Shown here piece by piece: positions 1-13,516 of a DNA stretch of 64,000 nt (position 1 is the stretch's first letter; each line of letters begins with the position of its first letter). Source of the DNA: Podospora anserina (Eukaryota); NCBI GenBank assembly GCA_017654855.1, contig CM030336.1, forward strand, positions 4,340,001-4,404,000, read 5' to 3'. Below the pieces are notes generated by a model. The model worked only from the letters and a program-made list of their open reading frames with translations. It was not told where the DNA came from and searched no databases. The translations under genes were made by a program, and so were the position numbers.

Positions 1-213
1 AAGAAGCAAGGGCTGAAAATTCATTGGCACGTGCCAGTGTTGCCACCAAACCTGCCGGTGCTGCTGTTGTTGTAACTCAAAGGGGCCTAGGTTGATACCT
101 GGGCCAGCAATTCTAGGTAAGATGCTTCAATAAATCCCGGGGCTGACAACATTTGTTTCATTCGACCAGTAATCTCGGACATTGATGTCCATATCCAGCC
201 ATATATCCATCCA

Positions 214-1690
214 TCATATCCTACACCACCCCAGCCGCTCCACAACCTCCATCTGCTCCGTCAACAGCCCCTCATCCTCGGGCTGTTTTCTCTCCATGCA
301 AAAACAAGTCATCACCACGCCCAGCACCTCCCCAGCTACAAACCGAAATTTCTTCACCGCCTCTTCTTGCCCAAGAAGGTCTTGCAGATCAGGCAGGTCA
401 ATCACCTCGTTTGACTCCTCGGCCGCTTGTATCAGTTCTTTTAGACTTCCCTTTCCAGGTAGGAACTCAGCAAAGATATACACCAATGGCTGCCACATCA
501 CCAGCTCGACAATGATACAGGCCAAGCTGTACATGTCAAATATTTTTTGGTACGTCTCCCTCGCTTGCCCTCTAGCATCTGGATGACGGTAAACATCCGC
601 TTCCAACTCCGTATCAGGAAGGTGGGTGCATTTCTGTGACTCGAGCGTGTCCGACGGCTGTATTTATAATCGGCAATATAGGGGTCTGAGCCGAGGAAGA
701 ATTTGTTCGATGAGCCGTGAGGGGCGAGGAAGAGGATGTTTTCGGGGCGGAGGCCTTTGTGCAGCCAGCCGGAAGTGTGGAGTTGGAGGATTGTTTCTGC
801 CAAGCAGAGGGCGATTTCGAGGCGGCGTTTGAGGGAGACGAGGGGTTGGCTGGAGATGAGGCTACGGAGGGATTTGTAGTCCCAGTCGAGGATCTCTTCA
901 GAGTTGTTGTCATTGTGGTGATCCGAGTTCTTCAGGCATGCTGTAGACGATTCCGTGACGCGAGCGGAAGGATTTGTCCGAGGTAGAGAGGGAGGTGAAG
1001 AAGACGGCCAGACATTTCATTTGGTTGATGTAACGTTCCCATTGGGTGCTATCGACGGTTTTCCACTGGATGAGAACTTGCTTCTGCCGGTAGGTCGTGA
1101 ATCCGAGGTTTGATTCGAATAGAGGAGTGGACCGCTCTTTGATATCAGTCCAGGGCTTCAGGGAACGGCCCAAGACGGCGAGTTTGGGCATCCGCAGGCC
1201 GATCTTCTCGCTCGTCATTTTTAATGTTATCTCATCATCTCTTTTGTCAACGCCCAGAACGAGGCGAACTTGTTTGAGGTATTGCGGCGGCGTTGATGGC
1301 ATGTTGGTAACGCCCGCCATCGCTGACCAGATCCTTGATCTGACCGGCTCCTGACGTTGTGGTCGTCAGGGAGATGAGTTCGCGTAATAGTTGGCCATAC
1401 TTTGTCCTTTCTTCTTGCCGCTCACTGGCCTCAAGAAGAATCTCGAGACGGTCGACAAGTTCGGCAATCTGTTTCAGATATGGTTGCAACTTTCCCTGTC
1501 CCTGGCTGCCCAACGAAGTCGTTTGATAGGGGAGTTGTGTTCCTGGATGATTTTGCCGGCTGTTGTTCGAAGATTCGACTCAACTTGGCAAGGAGTTTAG
1601 CCACCCCTTTCTTTTCGCCTTCGATCGCCTGTTCTTTCTCAGCCGGTTCGAGCTCTTCTTCCTTCACGTCGAGAAATTTACGACACACCT
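214..1690 (-). pseudogene. HeLo(-like) domain + protein kinase-like gene, frameshifted and 5'-truncated
   Basis: Consecutive minus-strand ORF pieces in different frames: KRLRWAARDRE / LKQIAELVDRLEILL (HeLo C-terminal motif), VLIQWK, AETILQLHTSGWLHKGLRPENILF, YRHPD..QARETYQKIFDMYSLACIIVEL (HeLo-kinase family motifs). No N-terminus is found upstream of ~1690. Confidence 0.7.
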
Positions 1691-1705
1691 CTACCTGATG
1701 ACGTC

Positions 1706-3301
1706 GTGGAAGAACCCGATGTCTCGGACCGAGAGAGAACGGACTCTCGTGCCTCCTCATATGAGACAGCAACTGAGCTTGTAGCCGGCACCGCCCAGGA
1801 TCAAGCCAAAATTGATGCAAAGGATAGCGAACAGCCTGAAGGCCAGGGAAAGAGTGATGGACAGAAAGTGCTACGCGACTCCTGGTTGGGATTTCCAGTA
1901 TACGAGAGTAATTCATCTAATGGGGACGAGATTCTCCAGCTTCCCGGCCCCTTTTTTCCAGTCTGACAGCAAAGACATCTTGCGCTAACCCCCCAACGGA
2001 ACTGCTCGAATGCCATCCCGCTTGATGTCCAAAGGTTGATGGATAATACCTGGGACATGGCCTCCAGTGCGCCAACATCAGTCATGTCCGAACGGACCAA
2101 ATCCCCAATCAAGAGTTTTCTGTTTCTCATTCCGTCTACAAAACAAATTGAGGACGTCTTAAGTTTCCACTGCCAGAGAGGATCAGCTTCGGCTGTGAAA
2201 GCCATCTTATCCCATGTAACAACTCCTCACAAACCCCTCAAGCACCGCCAACTCTTCCATCCTTTGATTCACGCCATAAAGGGTGGCACCTCGAGGCACA
2301 ACAAATGCGTCCGGGAGCTTCTGGCAGCAGGAGTCAACCCGAACCACCGGTCAAAGAAAAGCGGTTTGACACCACTTCAAATCGCACTCGACCGCCCAAA
2401 CTTCAAGGGCTACGCCAACCTCATCTGGTTGCTTTTCACCAGCGAGCCCCGCAAACTTGATCCCAACGGGACAGACCTTCAGGGTGAGGTCCCTCTGTTC
2501 AAATTTTTCCTGGGCGCAGATGAGGAACCACTGGAGGCTCATAAGCGGGGTGGTTTGATCATGCTTCTGAAAGCTGGCGCTGACCCCAACCGCCAACAAC
2601 CGGGTACTGGTAATTCACTCCTTCATCTTGCCGTCAGAAGAAAGGATGCTGTCGTCACGGCGATCCTCCTTCATGTTGGCGTTGATGTCAACGCCTTGAA
2701 CCTTTCTGGCATCTCACCGCTTCAAATCACGGCCGCCCAGTTCCACCAGCGACAAGGTGGTGAAGAGGTCCTCGATCATCTGCTCAAGAACGGGGCAAAG
2801 GTTGATCAACCGGCCGGAGCGCTGCGGCGAACAACGCTGCACTGGGCGGTAAGAGCTGGGAATACGACGGCCATCCGCAGGTTGCTGGATGGAGGGGCGA
2901 ATGTGACTACTAAGGATAAGGAGCAGAGGGATGCGATTGCTTTGGCGGTTAAACACACCAACAAAGTCTTTGTTTCAAAAACTGTGCCCGGAGTCGGTGA
3001 TCACAGACTCGGAGAGGCAGTCAGAGAGGTCGAGGCGGGTGATCACATTGAGAGTATGCAAGGTTTGATGGGCAAAGCACCAGATGATTACCACATCAAA
3101 GGATTTTTGCATCAAGGGACATGCGCTATTGAGAGTGCTGCAAAAGATATGACTGGTGGGCTGTTGAAAAGGCTGTTGAAGATGGGACTTGACTTGGAGA
3201 CGCCGTATAAGAACGGTAGCACAGTAAGGGAATTCATCGAGGCTGAGGGTCGTGGACCTGTGAAGCAGGTCGCGAGGAAATGGGTGCCTGCAGCCAGATA
3301 G
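1706..3301 (+). pseudogene. Ankyrin-repeat protein, probably 5'-truncated, with an in-frame TGA at 1964-1966 (the 421-aa C-terminal ORF 2036-3301 is open)
   Basis: Ankyrin motifs GLTPLQIAL, GNSLLHLAV, GISPLQIT, RTTLHWAVRAGN. ORFs 1706-1966 and 2036-3301 are in the same frame, separated by one stop. Confidence 0.7.
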
Positions 3302-3653
3302 TATGGGTCTGAGCCCGCAGTTGTGCGGCTGTTGAAAAGGAACAAACCCGAGTCAATACTAATTCTTCTTGAAAAACTGTAGGTATGTAGAGTTTACAGG
3401 TACCTTATCCAATGAATTGTCCATACTTTCAAGTCAGTGAACACTACCTCCGCTATCCCTTGTTCCTGATGCTCGCTTGGGTTCCAATGTTATTGAAGGC
3501 TTCCATTGCTGGGCCACAAAACCATTGCGTACAACAAATACAAAATAGACGGGGTATGGATGTCATGCTAGTAGCTCAAAGGTAACTGCCACTACACTTC
3601 GCGATCTCTGCAGGCCCTCAGGTCCTAGTCTAGCATGGTACTGTATACTGTAG

Positions 3654-4640
3654 TTAACACCCCAGCAGTCCACACAAAAGCCCATCATCGTCCTCTTCAA
3701 GAATCTCCTCCTCCAGCTCAATTATCTCTTCCCCATTCCTTGTTCTCGTCCTTGTCCTCGTCCGGGTTATTCTCCTGCGCGTGGTTCTTGCGGTACTAGT
3801 GATAATTCTCGTCACAGTCGCCGTGGTCTGCCTGATATCGGTCGCTGTTCTGGTAACAGTAGCAGTTGTCGTTCCAATCCTGGTGACCGGGCTCTCCACC
3901 GTCCTCGTTGTCATCGCAGTCGTAGTTACAGTCCTTGTCACCGGCACGGTAACGGGGCTTCCAGTTGCAATAGTCGTTACCGTCCGTATCGCTGTGGCTG
4001 TGGCTGTTGTAGGAAGTAGTACGGAAACCGTCACTGTTCTAATCACAGTCACAGTTGCCATGGTGCTCGCGGCAATGGTGTTGGTCTGCAAGATGGTGCT
4101 GGTCTGGAGAACGGTGCTAGTGGAGAAGAGCAAGACGGTCCTCTCGACAATCTCGGTTTTATTGACCGTCTGGGTCACGTTGGTGATGCTAGTGCGGAAG
4201 ACGGTCTCCGTTTTTTGGCATGATGTTGCTGGTTGCTGGGTAACGGTGCGGAAGGTTGACGACGCCGGGATGTCGCAGAGACCGAAGGCGGGGTTGCAAC
4301 CAGGACCGCAGTGCTCTTCCGTATTACCACACCTATATATCCGAGTATGTCAGTAGTCAGTCTATACTTGAAGGATGATTCATCATGGTTGCAAGTCAGG
4401 CATTGTTTGTGCCAAGCCAGCCCCTGAATTGACCCCTGAGATTGGAAAGGGGGCAAAAGTGGATACCCACCATCCATGTGCTGAACAGCATTGTCCAAAC
4501 GTTGAAGTAATACACGTGAACTCTCCACCACACTGGCCGTCGGCGCTGGCTTTGGATGGTGCCGGTGACTGTGGAAGGGATAAGACGGCGCTTGAGGCTA
4601 TGAGTGTCACGAGAAGGATGTAACGGAGTAGGTAGCCCAT
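3654..4640 (-). CDS. Secreted hevein/CBM18 chitin-binding domain protein with long Thr-rich tail
   Basis: Signal peptide MGYLLRYILLVTLIASSAVLS. DGQCGGEFTC...GQCCSAHGW|CGNTEEHCGPGCNPAFGLC is joined across a GT-AG intron at 4333-4470 with a CTGAC branch site. Thr/Val repeats follow. Confidence 0.85.
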
Positions 4641-5224
4641 TTTGGGCAAACAAGGGTCCAATCACAGAAGGTGAAGATGAATAAGCACTGATATTGTGCA
4701 GATGAGTTCTATTCGGTTGTTCAGGAGTATCTGACGCGGCCCATCACGAATATATACCTTTCTACTCAAGTTAACCATCATCTTTCTCCAGTCGCAGTGT
4801 CTGTTGTGGAACTCGAGCGGGTAATTCCGACATGAGCTGAAGCGACGGTTCCCGAAAAGCTGGATATGGAGTTCTAGCCCGGCTCAAAGGTTCAACGGAG
4901 CGGCTGATAATCTATGACCTATGAATAGACGCCCGGGGTCGATATTGTCCGGGCTCTATCCACAGCTGTCCATATTGACCCCGAAGCCCAGAAACTCGGT
5001 ACTTGGCATTTGCAGATCATTTCTTAGATAATTAGATTCTGTTACTTGAAGAGAGTTAGCATAGATAGCTATGAATACTACGTGTTGAGGCCTCTAAGCT
5101 ATCATCACAGCGAAAGGCAGCTACTAATAGGCTAATTAGAATCATGGCTGCGCGCTAGTTGCAATGTTGGTGATTAGGTTGGTAAGAACCTATAACAACG
5201 TTCTCGCTCTCCAAGTTCCTTGGA

Positions 5225-8200
5225 CATGACTGGAAACATTTCGGTAGCGACATGATGTTGGGCTTCAACTGCAAGAGGCTTCACGGCGCAGTTTCCTGGC
5301 GGCGGCGATGAGGATTTAGAGCCAACAATGAAGTTGGCCCACTTCTCAGGGCACAGCATCCCAAACGCAAATAATAACCAACCTTCATATTTCATTTCCG
5401 GCTTCCCTGAGTTATTCCCCAACTGTCCAGACAAGGGTGATGTTATTCATTAACGTGCATGATAAGCGAGCGCCGCAGACAAGCGAGCGCCGCACTTTCT
5501 ACCACCCTACCACAGCTATCCTCAATTACATAACCACAACACTAGGAAACAACGATAACTGAACTAGAAATAGATGAATCAGATGATTCTGCAGCCTCCT
5601 GGCATGTACGTGCATTATGGCTAGGCTTACCGCACACGCCATAGCACCGAATCTTCGTACGAGACCCCCCTGTACCACCACCACTTTATTATATTTCCTA
5701 GGCTACCTACTTACCCATAGCCTTTTGATTTAGTAGATTCTGTACCTCTTATATAGTAAGTGACCCTCCAAGCCGCACATATGTTTTTTTAGCTCTCTGT
5801 CTCTTACTAAACTCCTTATTAGTCTTACGTAGCAAAGAGACCTCTATACGGAGAAGAGTTACTTTATATATTATATTTATTATTCCTTTAGTAATTTAAT
5901 TTATAGCGGTTAGTATTAAAGTTAAAAAGCTATTTTAATCGTTAGAAATTCGAATTTTAATAAACATTAATTATAAAATAATTTTTCGAAAGTTATATAG
6001 TATTTAAGAAACTTAAGGTAGTACTATAATTAAACTTAAAGTTAAGGGTATTAAAGTTCGAATATATATATTAAATTTAAATATTATTCTTTTTTAATTA
6101 TATAGTATAAAATTAATTTTAGTAAAACCTTTTTAAATATTTTTTTTTATAATCGAAATAAAAAATATTTTTTTAAATATATAAAAAAACTTTAATTTAT
6201 TAATATATATAATATTTATTTATATTAATTACTTAATTTAACGGTAATATACTTTCTTTAATAACGTAAAATAATTAATATTTAATAATTAAAATATATA
6301 AGAGGAGTACGGAAGTATATATAGTATAATAATATTATATTCCTAATAATAAATCTCGAATTTTTCGGAGTAATAATTTTCGTAATTATTAAAGATTAAT
6401 AACCGATATTTATTTTTCGTATAAAATATTATATAAAAATTAAAGTATTAAATTTAATTTATATTTTTTTTATTAATAATTTAATTATTATTAATTATTA
6501 TAATACGTTAAATAATTAAAAAATTATATTTTTAATATTAATTAATAAAATAATAAATAATAAAATAATTTAATTTAAAATATTTACCTTTTAAATAATT
6601 ATAATTTATTTATAATTATTAAACTAAATCTATTTAATATTATTATAATTATTAAAAATTATAATAATTATAATAATAATAATAATATTTATTATAAATT
6701 TAATTTCGTTAAAATTATAAATATTATTATTTATAATATTATATTTAACTTTAATATTCCGTATAAAAAGAAATTATTTATTAATAACCTTTAAATCTTT
6801 ATATTTAACTCTTTAATAATTATATTTATACGTATAACGTATTTAAAACTTTAATTAACGTTTAACGAAATTATAAATTTATTATATATTAATAAGAAGC
6901 GCGTTACGTTTATATAATAATCGATTAATTATATTTTTTGTATATAAAAACCGGAAATAAAATATATATATAGATAGCTTAATTATATATTAAATAATTG
7001 TTTTTTCTTTTAGATCTGTAAATTTATATAAATTAATTAAAGTATCGCGTCGTGCAAGTATACCGGTAAATCGACGGTAAATAGTTTTATCGTTAACTTT
7101 ATAGATCTTCGTTACGGCTCGTTTACTTAAGTTTTTATTGTTTTTTATAGCTTTAGCGGCCAGAATTACTCTAGCTTCGTTAGAGGTAGAAGATATGGTT
7201 TTTGGTTCAGAAATGGAATGTTAAAGGTAGAGGGTTAGGTCGCGTCGAAAAGTACGGCGCTCGCTTATCTGCGGCGCTCGCTTATCATGCACGTTATGTT
7301 GAAATCAAGGGAAACATCATCCACCTCAACACCTAGCGACGTCGACGTGAACAAAGCATTCGATTCCTTTCTAAGACACCACTCATGGCCGTCGACGAAT
7401 TACACCGAGCGACACCCGAAGTTATGCAAACAGGTACTACTTCTCTTAGTAGACGGGAGTCCAACTTGGCTATCACAACGAACACAACCATGAGGTTTGG
7501 GCTATTTCCGGTCTCGGAAGAGATGGGGGCTTCGATGAATCTCACGATTCATGGTCACCAGAGGACATCATAGCTGGCGAGATCCCAGGTTGTGTTGAAT
7601 ACCTCGAAACGCTCCTTCAGGAAACGACACGTGTGGACACTCACCATTGATTGGCAGCGAAGTACCTCCACAACACACTTCGGGTATTCCTGCTCGACTG
7701 TGCTGGCCACGATGCTACAATGCCAAGACAAGAAAATTGGCCTTTGACGAGCAGTCATATCCCAAGATGCCAGGAGTCACCATCACACATGAGTGTTGGC
7801 GGTGGCTGGTCGGCAACTGGGCGCCCTTTTACATTGATCAGCTGTGTGTGTATCCGCCACACACCGTTCACACTGATCCAATCAAGAAGCAAGAAGAGAA
7901 CCAACGAGTTTCGAAGCTTAACGCAATTGCGTACGTCGGAGCCACTCATGGAATCCTAGGCAATCCGCCAGGCGGTAGGGGAGAATGGACTATGATCGAG
8001 CTGCGTATTTTTGGAAGCCGCGCTCTTCACCTACCGGATAACTTTGGAGATCCTACCGCATTGCTCAAACTTCGCCCAGGATATGTGAGTTGTCTGCAAC
8101 CACCTTACAGTCCAGTGAGCCGCTAGACTGCTGACATGAACCTTGGATAGATCGTGCATGGAGACACATATTGGATCCCAGCGCAATTAGAATACAGTTC

Positions 8201-8840
8201 TCGGCTGAAGAAATACCCAGGCTTTGGTGCGATTGCCATGCGGCAAGTAATGGAGCCAAAATCAGCCCCGTCTGAGAGGCTGCCAGAAGAGAAAAAAGTT
8301 CTAGATGATCCGAATACCAATAGGGCCGACGGCTGAAGAGATTGAACGAATTCAGCAGTTTCCAAACCGCAATTACTCAGAAACTGTACGAAGGTATGAA
8401 GAGCTTCTTGCCGAGCTTGAAGTGCGAATGAGGTATGTCCATCCATAACCTCTTTCAAGGATATATTTTGACTCTGATAATCAGGGAGACAACTGTATCA
8501 GCTGAACAAACGCCTCACTCAACACCGACTAAGCATTCTAAAAGCCATCGAACACCCAGAACAATCAAGCATTTCCCTGCTTCAGGTACCCCAAAGGTGT
8601 CTTTAACAAGGACACCACACGAGAGGCCCACATTCTATAGACCTTATGTTGGGAATCGAAGACTACTCCCCAAACACAAAGAAAATACTGTTCCAGGAAA
8701 GGAAAGGCTACATGGGCTCCACTGTCACGAGGCGAGCCCGTATGTATACCGTGAGCCATTTCGGATTGTGGAGAATGACAGAGATGTTCGAAGTCCTAGA
8801 ATATCAGGACATCAGGACAGGTGCTGGGAGGTCTGAGATT
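5225..8840 (+). pseudogene. Degenerate gene with divergent HET-domain-like segment, interrupted by the DNA transposon
   Basis: The frame reads through the TA insertion site (DKGDVIH|YVEIKGNII). Downstream FYIDQLCVY...EENQRVSKLNAIAYVGA...RGEWTMIEL resembles the HET (PF06985) motifs WIDxLCI...QV..M..IY..A...RxWTxQE. Multiple stops and frameshifts; boundaries approximate. Confidence 0.4.
5453..7294 (-). mobile_element. Full-length Tc1/mariner (Fot1/Pot2/Pat-like) DNA transposon, RIP-inactivated
   Basis: TIRs ACGTGCATGATAAGCGAGCGCCGCAGA... at both ends; TA target duplication (5451-52, 7295-96); 1842 bp. C-terminal zinc knuckle GVCGKPSHNARTC on the minus strand at ~5600-5645. The interior is extremely AT-rich (TpA excess). 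Confidence 0.93.
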
Positions 8841-8943
8841 TGTGATGGCCGAGGTATCAAAAGCAGGGCTGCTCAAAGTCACAGGTATCGCAATAAATAA
8901 ATAGCTAGATAGCTACGTAACTTTCTGAGATGCGTCAGTACAA

Positions 8944-11090
8944 CTACCACGAATACGCGTCCACGTCAAGCTCAAAACTCGTGGACCCTTTCTTTCCAAC
9001 CGCTACCACAGCTGCCCTGACATCATCACAGAGCCCGCCCGGTCCAGAGACCACGACGCCGATGTTGCAGTACCCAACGTCGGCTTCTTGCTCTAACAGC
9101 CGAGAAATGTCCAGTCTCCTTCCGACTCGAACATCTTTCTCGATCTCGCTCAACACACCTTGAACTTCCTCGACCAGACACCTCGCCGATTCTTTGACAC
9201 TCCAAAATAATTTGATGTTCGGATGGCTGGCAATCCACGGAAGCAGACTGGTGATGCCAATCCCACCTCCAATGAGAAGCAGCCTATCGCAATGGCGAAT
9301 CTCCCTGGTAGAAGTATTGTGATATGGGCCATCCATGAGAGTCAAAAGCCCATCGGTGGCCTTCAGGTGCTTGGTAATCCCCATGGACTTCTTGATGAGC
9401 AGGGTGATCCCCGTTTCCAGTGGCGCAGACGCGGTATCCCTAAAGCCGTGGTGTTTCTCAACATCGTGAACGTTGATGTGAACACCTGACTCTTTCGCTG
9501 TCGGACTGCTGCTGCCGCTTGACTGCTCTGGTCGTTGCCTTTCAACCCGGGACATCAGGCTTGTTGGAACGATTGAAAACGGGTGGTTCTCCCACGGCCG
9601 CCAGAGACTCAAAGTGGGAAAGTAAGCGTAAACATGCAGCCCAGGCCCATCATTGGCAAACGACGCTCGGGGTATGTCAACCCGGATGTACCCATTCCCC
9701 AAGTCAGTCACCTTGCTTCTGCGAACCCCGTTTTTCAACACCTTCCCTACCCTCGCTGCTCTGTCAAAGAACCAAACTGCACAGGCGGCATAAATCCAGG
9801 TCTCATAGCCGTAGGAGTCCAGCCCAATCCAAAGAACAACGTGATACCAAAGCCCAACAACGAGAATAACCGACAAGACAACGTGCGTCACTAAGAATAT
9901 CTCATATGACCATCTCCTCAGAGGCAGAACACTCGCAAAGAGAATGGCAACACAAAGAACAGCAGCCGCAACGCCCCAAGCCCAATAGTCAGAGTCAACC
10001 ACTGCTTGCTGTGGCAGGAAGATTGGCAGTGCCAGGAAACTGTGCACCAAAGCATGGAGGACAAACAGTCTTGCCACCCAGCGATGAAGAAGCAGATACG
10101 TAGCGTGAGACCAGTTCGTCAACCAAAGCAACAAAACGTTGTTCCTTGACGCGAACAGGATGAGAAGGGGGAGGAGAGCATAAGCTGCTATTCCTGTGCG
10201 GTAAAAGATGTACGCTTTGATCTCCATACTCTCGCCGGGGTAGTAGAGGTGTGGTTGCATGGACCGGTAGTTGACTGACATGAGGACTATGTGGATGATG
10301 AAGAAGATGGCGATGTATGCTGCTTGGCCAATGGTTGGGGCATTGCCGAGGAGGAATGGCAAGGGGCGAACGGAATAAGTGCCGAGGCTGCTGGGTTGGG
10401 TCAAGTATGGGGTGATCTTGGACAAGAGGCCAGAGGTAAAGGGGAGGTGGTAGAGCCAGGTCAGGATGATGGGTATGCCGAAGCCAGTGACGAGGATGAT
10501 GACGCTTTGGCGTGTCAGCAAGTAGACCTGGTGTATAGTAGGTAGGGAAAGAAGACACACCCATATTCCGCGCCTGTCTCCTGCTCCTTCGTCACACCCA
10601 AAGCGGTATTCAACTGGGCTTGATACTCGATCTCCGGAACCAAGGCGGTAAAGTTGAGCACCGTCGTTGTATCCACTGGCATTTTCCTCGGTGGCTCAGT
10701 GATTTGCTGCAAGGATTCCTCGTATGACCACTTAGGCGGTACCGGCGTACCCGTGTTGCCAAAATTCGTCATATCGCGTGTAGCATCAGTCTCCCAGAAC
10801 GCTTGCAATTCCGACATGCGATGGGCTTTACAGTTGACATGCAGACACCAGGCCAGCGTGGTGAGCCAGGCTGTGTCATTGGCTTTGCACTCTGAGCTCG
10901 TGGTTGCCCACCCGAGGAAGCCCTTTGGGATCTTTTCAGAGCATTCTAGGGGATAAGCTTGGAGTGCCCACTGGCATGCGGAGGCGCAGTAGATTTTGAA
11001 AGGGTGAAGGCCGAAGCCGACTAGGTTGGAGAAGACAAGGTTGGCTTGGAGCAGGCATGCTGCTAGCCAGATGGCAGGGGAAGTTCGCAT
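8944..11090 (-). CDS. Ferric-chelate reductase (FRE family)
   Basis: Signal peptide and Cys-rich N-terminus; GT-AG intron 10505-10560; heme-ligand His motifs HRWVARLFVLHALVHS and THVVLS...WYH; FAD motif HPFS; DGPY; NADPH motifs GGGIGIT and SGPGGLCDDVR. Confidence 0.93.
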
Positions 11091-12994
11091 GATGTTTGCT
11101 GCTGGCTTGAGTCGAGGAGTCCGCTGGTGCTTGACTTCCAACCAACAGTCAGGCAAGGGGCCTGCCTGTTCTTATCTCACAGTGGGCACACCATCACTTA
11201 TTCGAATTGTCAAGAAATGTTCCGCGGAACTGATGTGTCCAAGCGTATCATTGCAGGTTTGAGGCCATCCGAAGTATGTAATAATGTTGTGCAACAACAC
11301 CTATATTGATGTACGGTTTTCGGTAGTTGGCATCCTGCAATCCTCTTGGCATCTTCCGTGATCAATCAGCGCTTTGGTGCTGATTCATGCTGACCACCCA
11401 AGCATTCTGCCAATAGGTCTGATAGATGCCACAAGGTTGTGTTACCACTTTCACAGTTGGGACGGCATGGTTCGTTGGTGGTTCGGGATACAGAAACAAG
11501 GCCCGTACATGCATGCGTCACAAGCCGGTATATGGTGTGCCCAAACTTGTGCCGTGGGGTCGCGCTTCTGTGAAATAATTCCAGCAAGACACATTCATCC
11601 CACGTGGTTTATGACGGCTCACCTACTGTGAGGTTTTCCAACATTCTGCACTCAAAAGAGACAGTAGAAGCTAAGGTTATTGGGCCAAATGAAAGACAGA
11701 AGCTCAGACTGGCGGAAATTACCCATATGCTGATACCGAGTCACTCCTTATATTTCATTGAAGTTATCCATTTTCCACTCACTTAACAATGGCTTGATGG
11801 CCAGGGCGAACTGTGACATTGAGGATGAGTATATGCCTCCACATCCTGCCTGATTAACACCTGGAACTTGGGATTTGTAAATATCAAAGATGGGTGAGAT
11901 TGAATAGGTATCCTACTACTCGGGTAGCCGGTCTTTGAAAACTTTTTTGTCTCGTCCAAGAACGGTTAGCCCAAAACCAGGCTCGCTTCACCCTCGGCTC
12001 ACTCTCGGCTCACCTTAACCAGCGCACTTAGCGGGCGTTCGGGCTCGGGATCGGAGAGAGTTTTGGAGAGCGATTGACAGACCGAAGGCCAATAAGACCC
12101 CCGCCTCAAACCCTGTTCACTGTGATATTTCCTAGTCTATAAGTTCAATCAATATACTTGTTCACCACATCTATTCTGTGCCTCACAAGCCCATATAACA
12201 GTTATTACCTTCTATATATTGTAGGGCGCCGTCCCTGCAATCCATCTTCCTTCAATACCTCGGTTACCATCGAATACTGCAATCAAAGTCTCCTTCGCTC
12301 TCAATGTACTGCGCCGATAGCTATTCGAGCCTATATTCTACAGGCATTCATAACTCCTTTCTCAACAATATCTATACTATATAAGCCGCAAAAGTTGATA
12401 CATAATTACTACACCTAACCGAAAATATAGTAAACCCAAACACCATTCGCCCGTTATATATCCGTTCCTAAATTATATTTCCCAACCTAATATCGATAAT
12501 AGTAAGTACAATTACTATATTTAATATAGCATAAAATACCGTAGAAGTACTACCTAAAACCGGGGGGGCTCTTTTCCTCTGGGTTAAATAAGTAGGGAGG
12601 CCTCTTGAATCATAAGGTCATAGACGAGGACTAGATCCCGCCTAATTACGCGGCAGCGGTAACTATACAGGAACAGAACTACGAGAGGCACAGACAGGGC
12701 CGTATATAGTTAAGGTAGGAGAGCAGCGTCAAGGGACGGATAGTAGAGTGGTAGATACTGAGCGAGAATGGATGTAAATACACACGCCCCCCCCCAATAC
12801 AACGACTGGCATCACGACCCAATTTCCGGTTTTCGATGCGAATTTGTTGGCTGGGTCTTTTTCGGTTTCCGGGACTACAGGCTGAGCATTGTCACCCTTG
12901 CTGTCAGCCCTGTATGCAGCACACTTGGTGCATCACCGGCATTGTTCGACACCCATCACACAGGGAGGAGCTTGGGAAGATCAAGACTGTGAGA

Positions 12995-13516
12995 TCAAGT
13001 CCTCCTTACCTTGCCGGAGTCTTTTATTCGGGCGTAGAGCTTTTCGTCTTCCCGCTCCCACGGTTTGTCTTTGGGAAAAATAACTTTTCGCAACCTGTTT
13101 AGTAGTGGGATAAGCGGTGCGTAATATGGCGTGAAGTTATCGGCGATTGTCTTTATAAATATGGCCTCCTTTGCCACAGTTCCCAGTTTCAGTTTGCCAA
13201 TTCTTCCGTGTCAGCATAATTCCACTTGTCGAACTGGGCAACAACCTTGTCCTCACCAGGGCCGTCGCAGTGGATGCATATCCAGAACAGCCTAGAATAA
13301 TGACTCGAGGTCGTGCATGAACGAGCGCTGCTCGCCGAGAAGCGCCCCGATGGCCATGAACGCTCTCGTACCGGTCTTCAGTTTGGCTCCCGACGCACCT
13401 TCTGGGTCCTCTTTGATGGCGAGATCCAGGCCGATCAGAGACGGAGGCCTAGAGGGGTTGTTCGTGTCCCCGTTGATCAAGAGGTTGTTGATGGAGATGT
13501 CTCTGTAGGGACTCAT
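12995..13516 (-). pseudogene. FunK1 (fungal Pkinase_fungal) kinase, C-terminal remnant
   Basis: YRDISINNLLIN...LIGLDLAIKE...KTGTRAFMAIGALLGEQRSFMHDLESLF, then in another frame LFWICIH.DGPG...QFDKWNYADTEELA and FTPYYAPLIPLLNRLRKVIFP. The catalytic H and D are mutated and the N-terminal half is absent. Confidence 0.85.

Noticed and set aside
3781..4356. Very hydrophobic Val-rich plus-strand ORF
   Set aside because: Antisense reading of the Thr-rich tail of the CBM18 gene.
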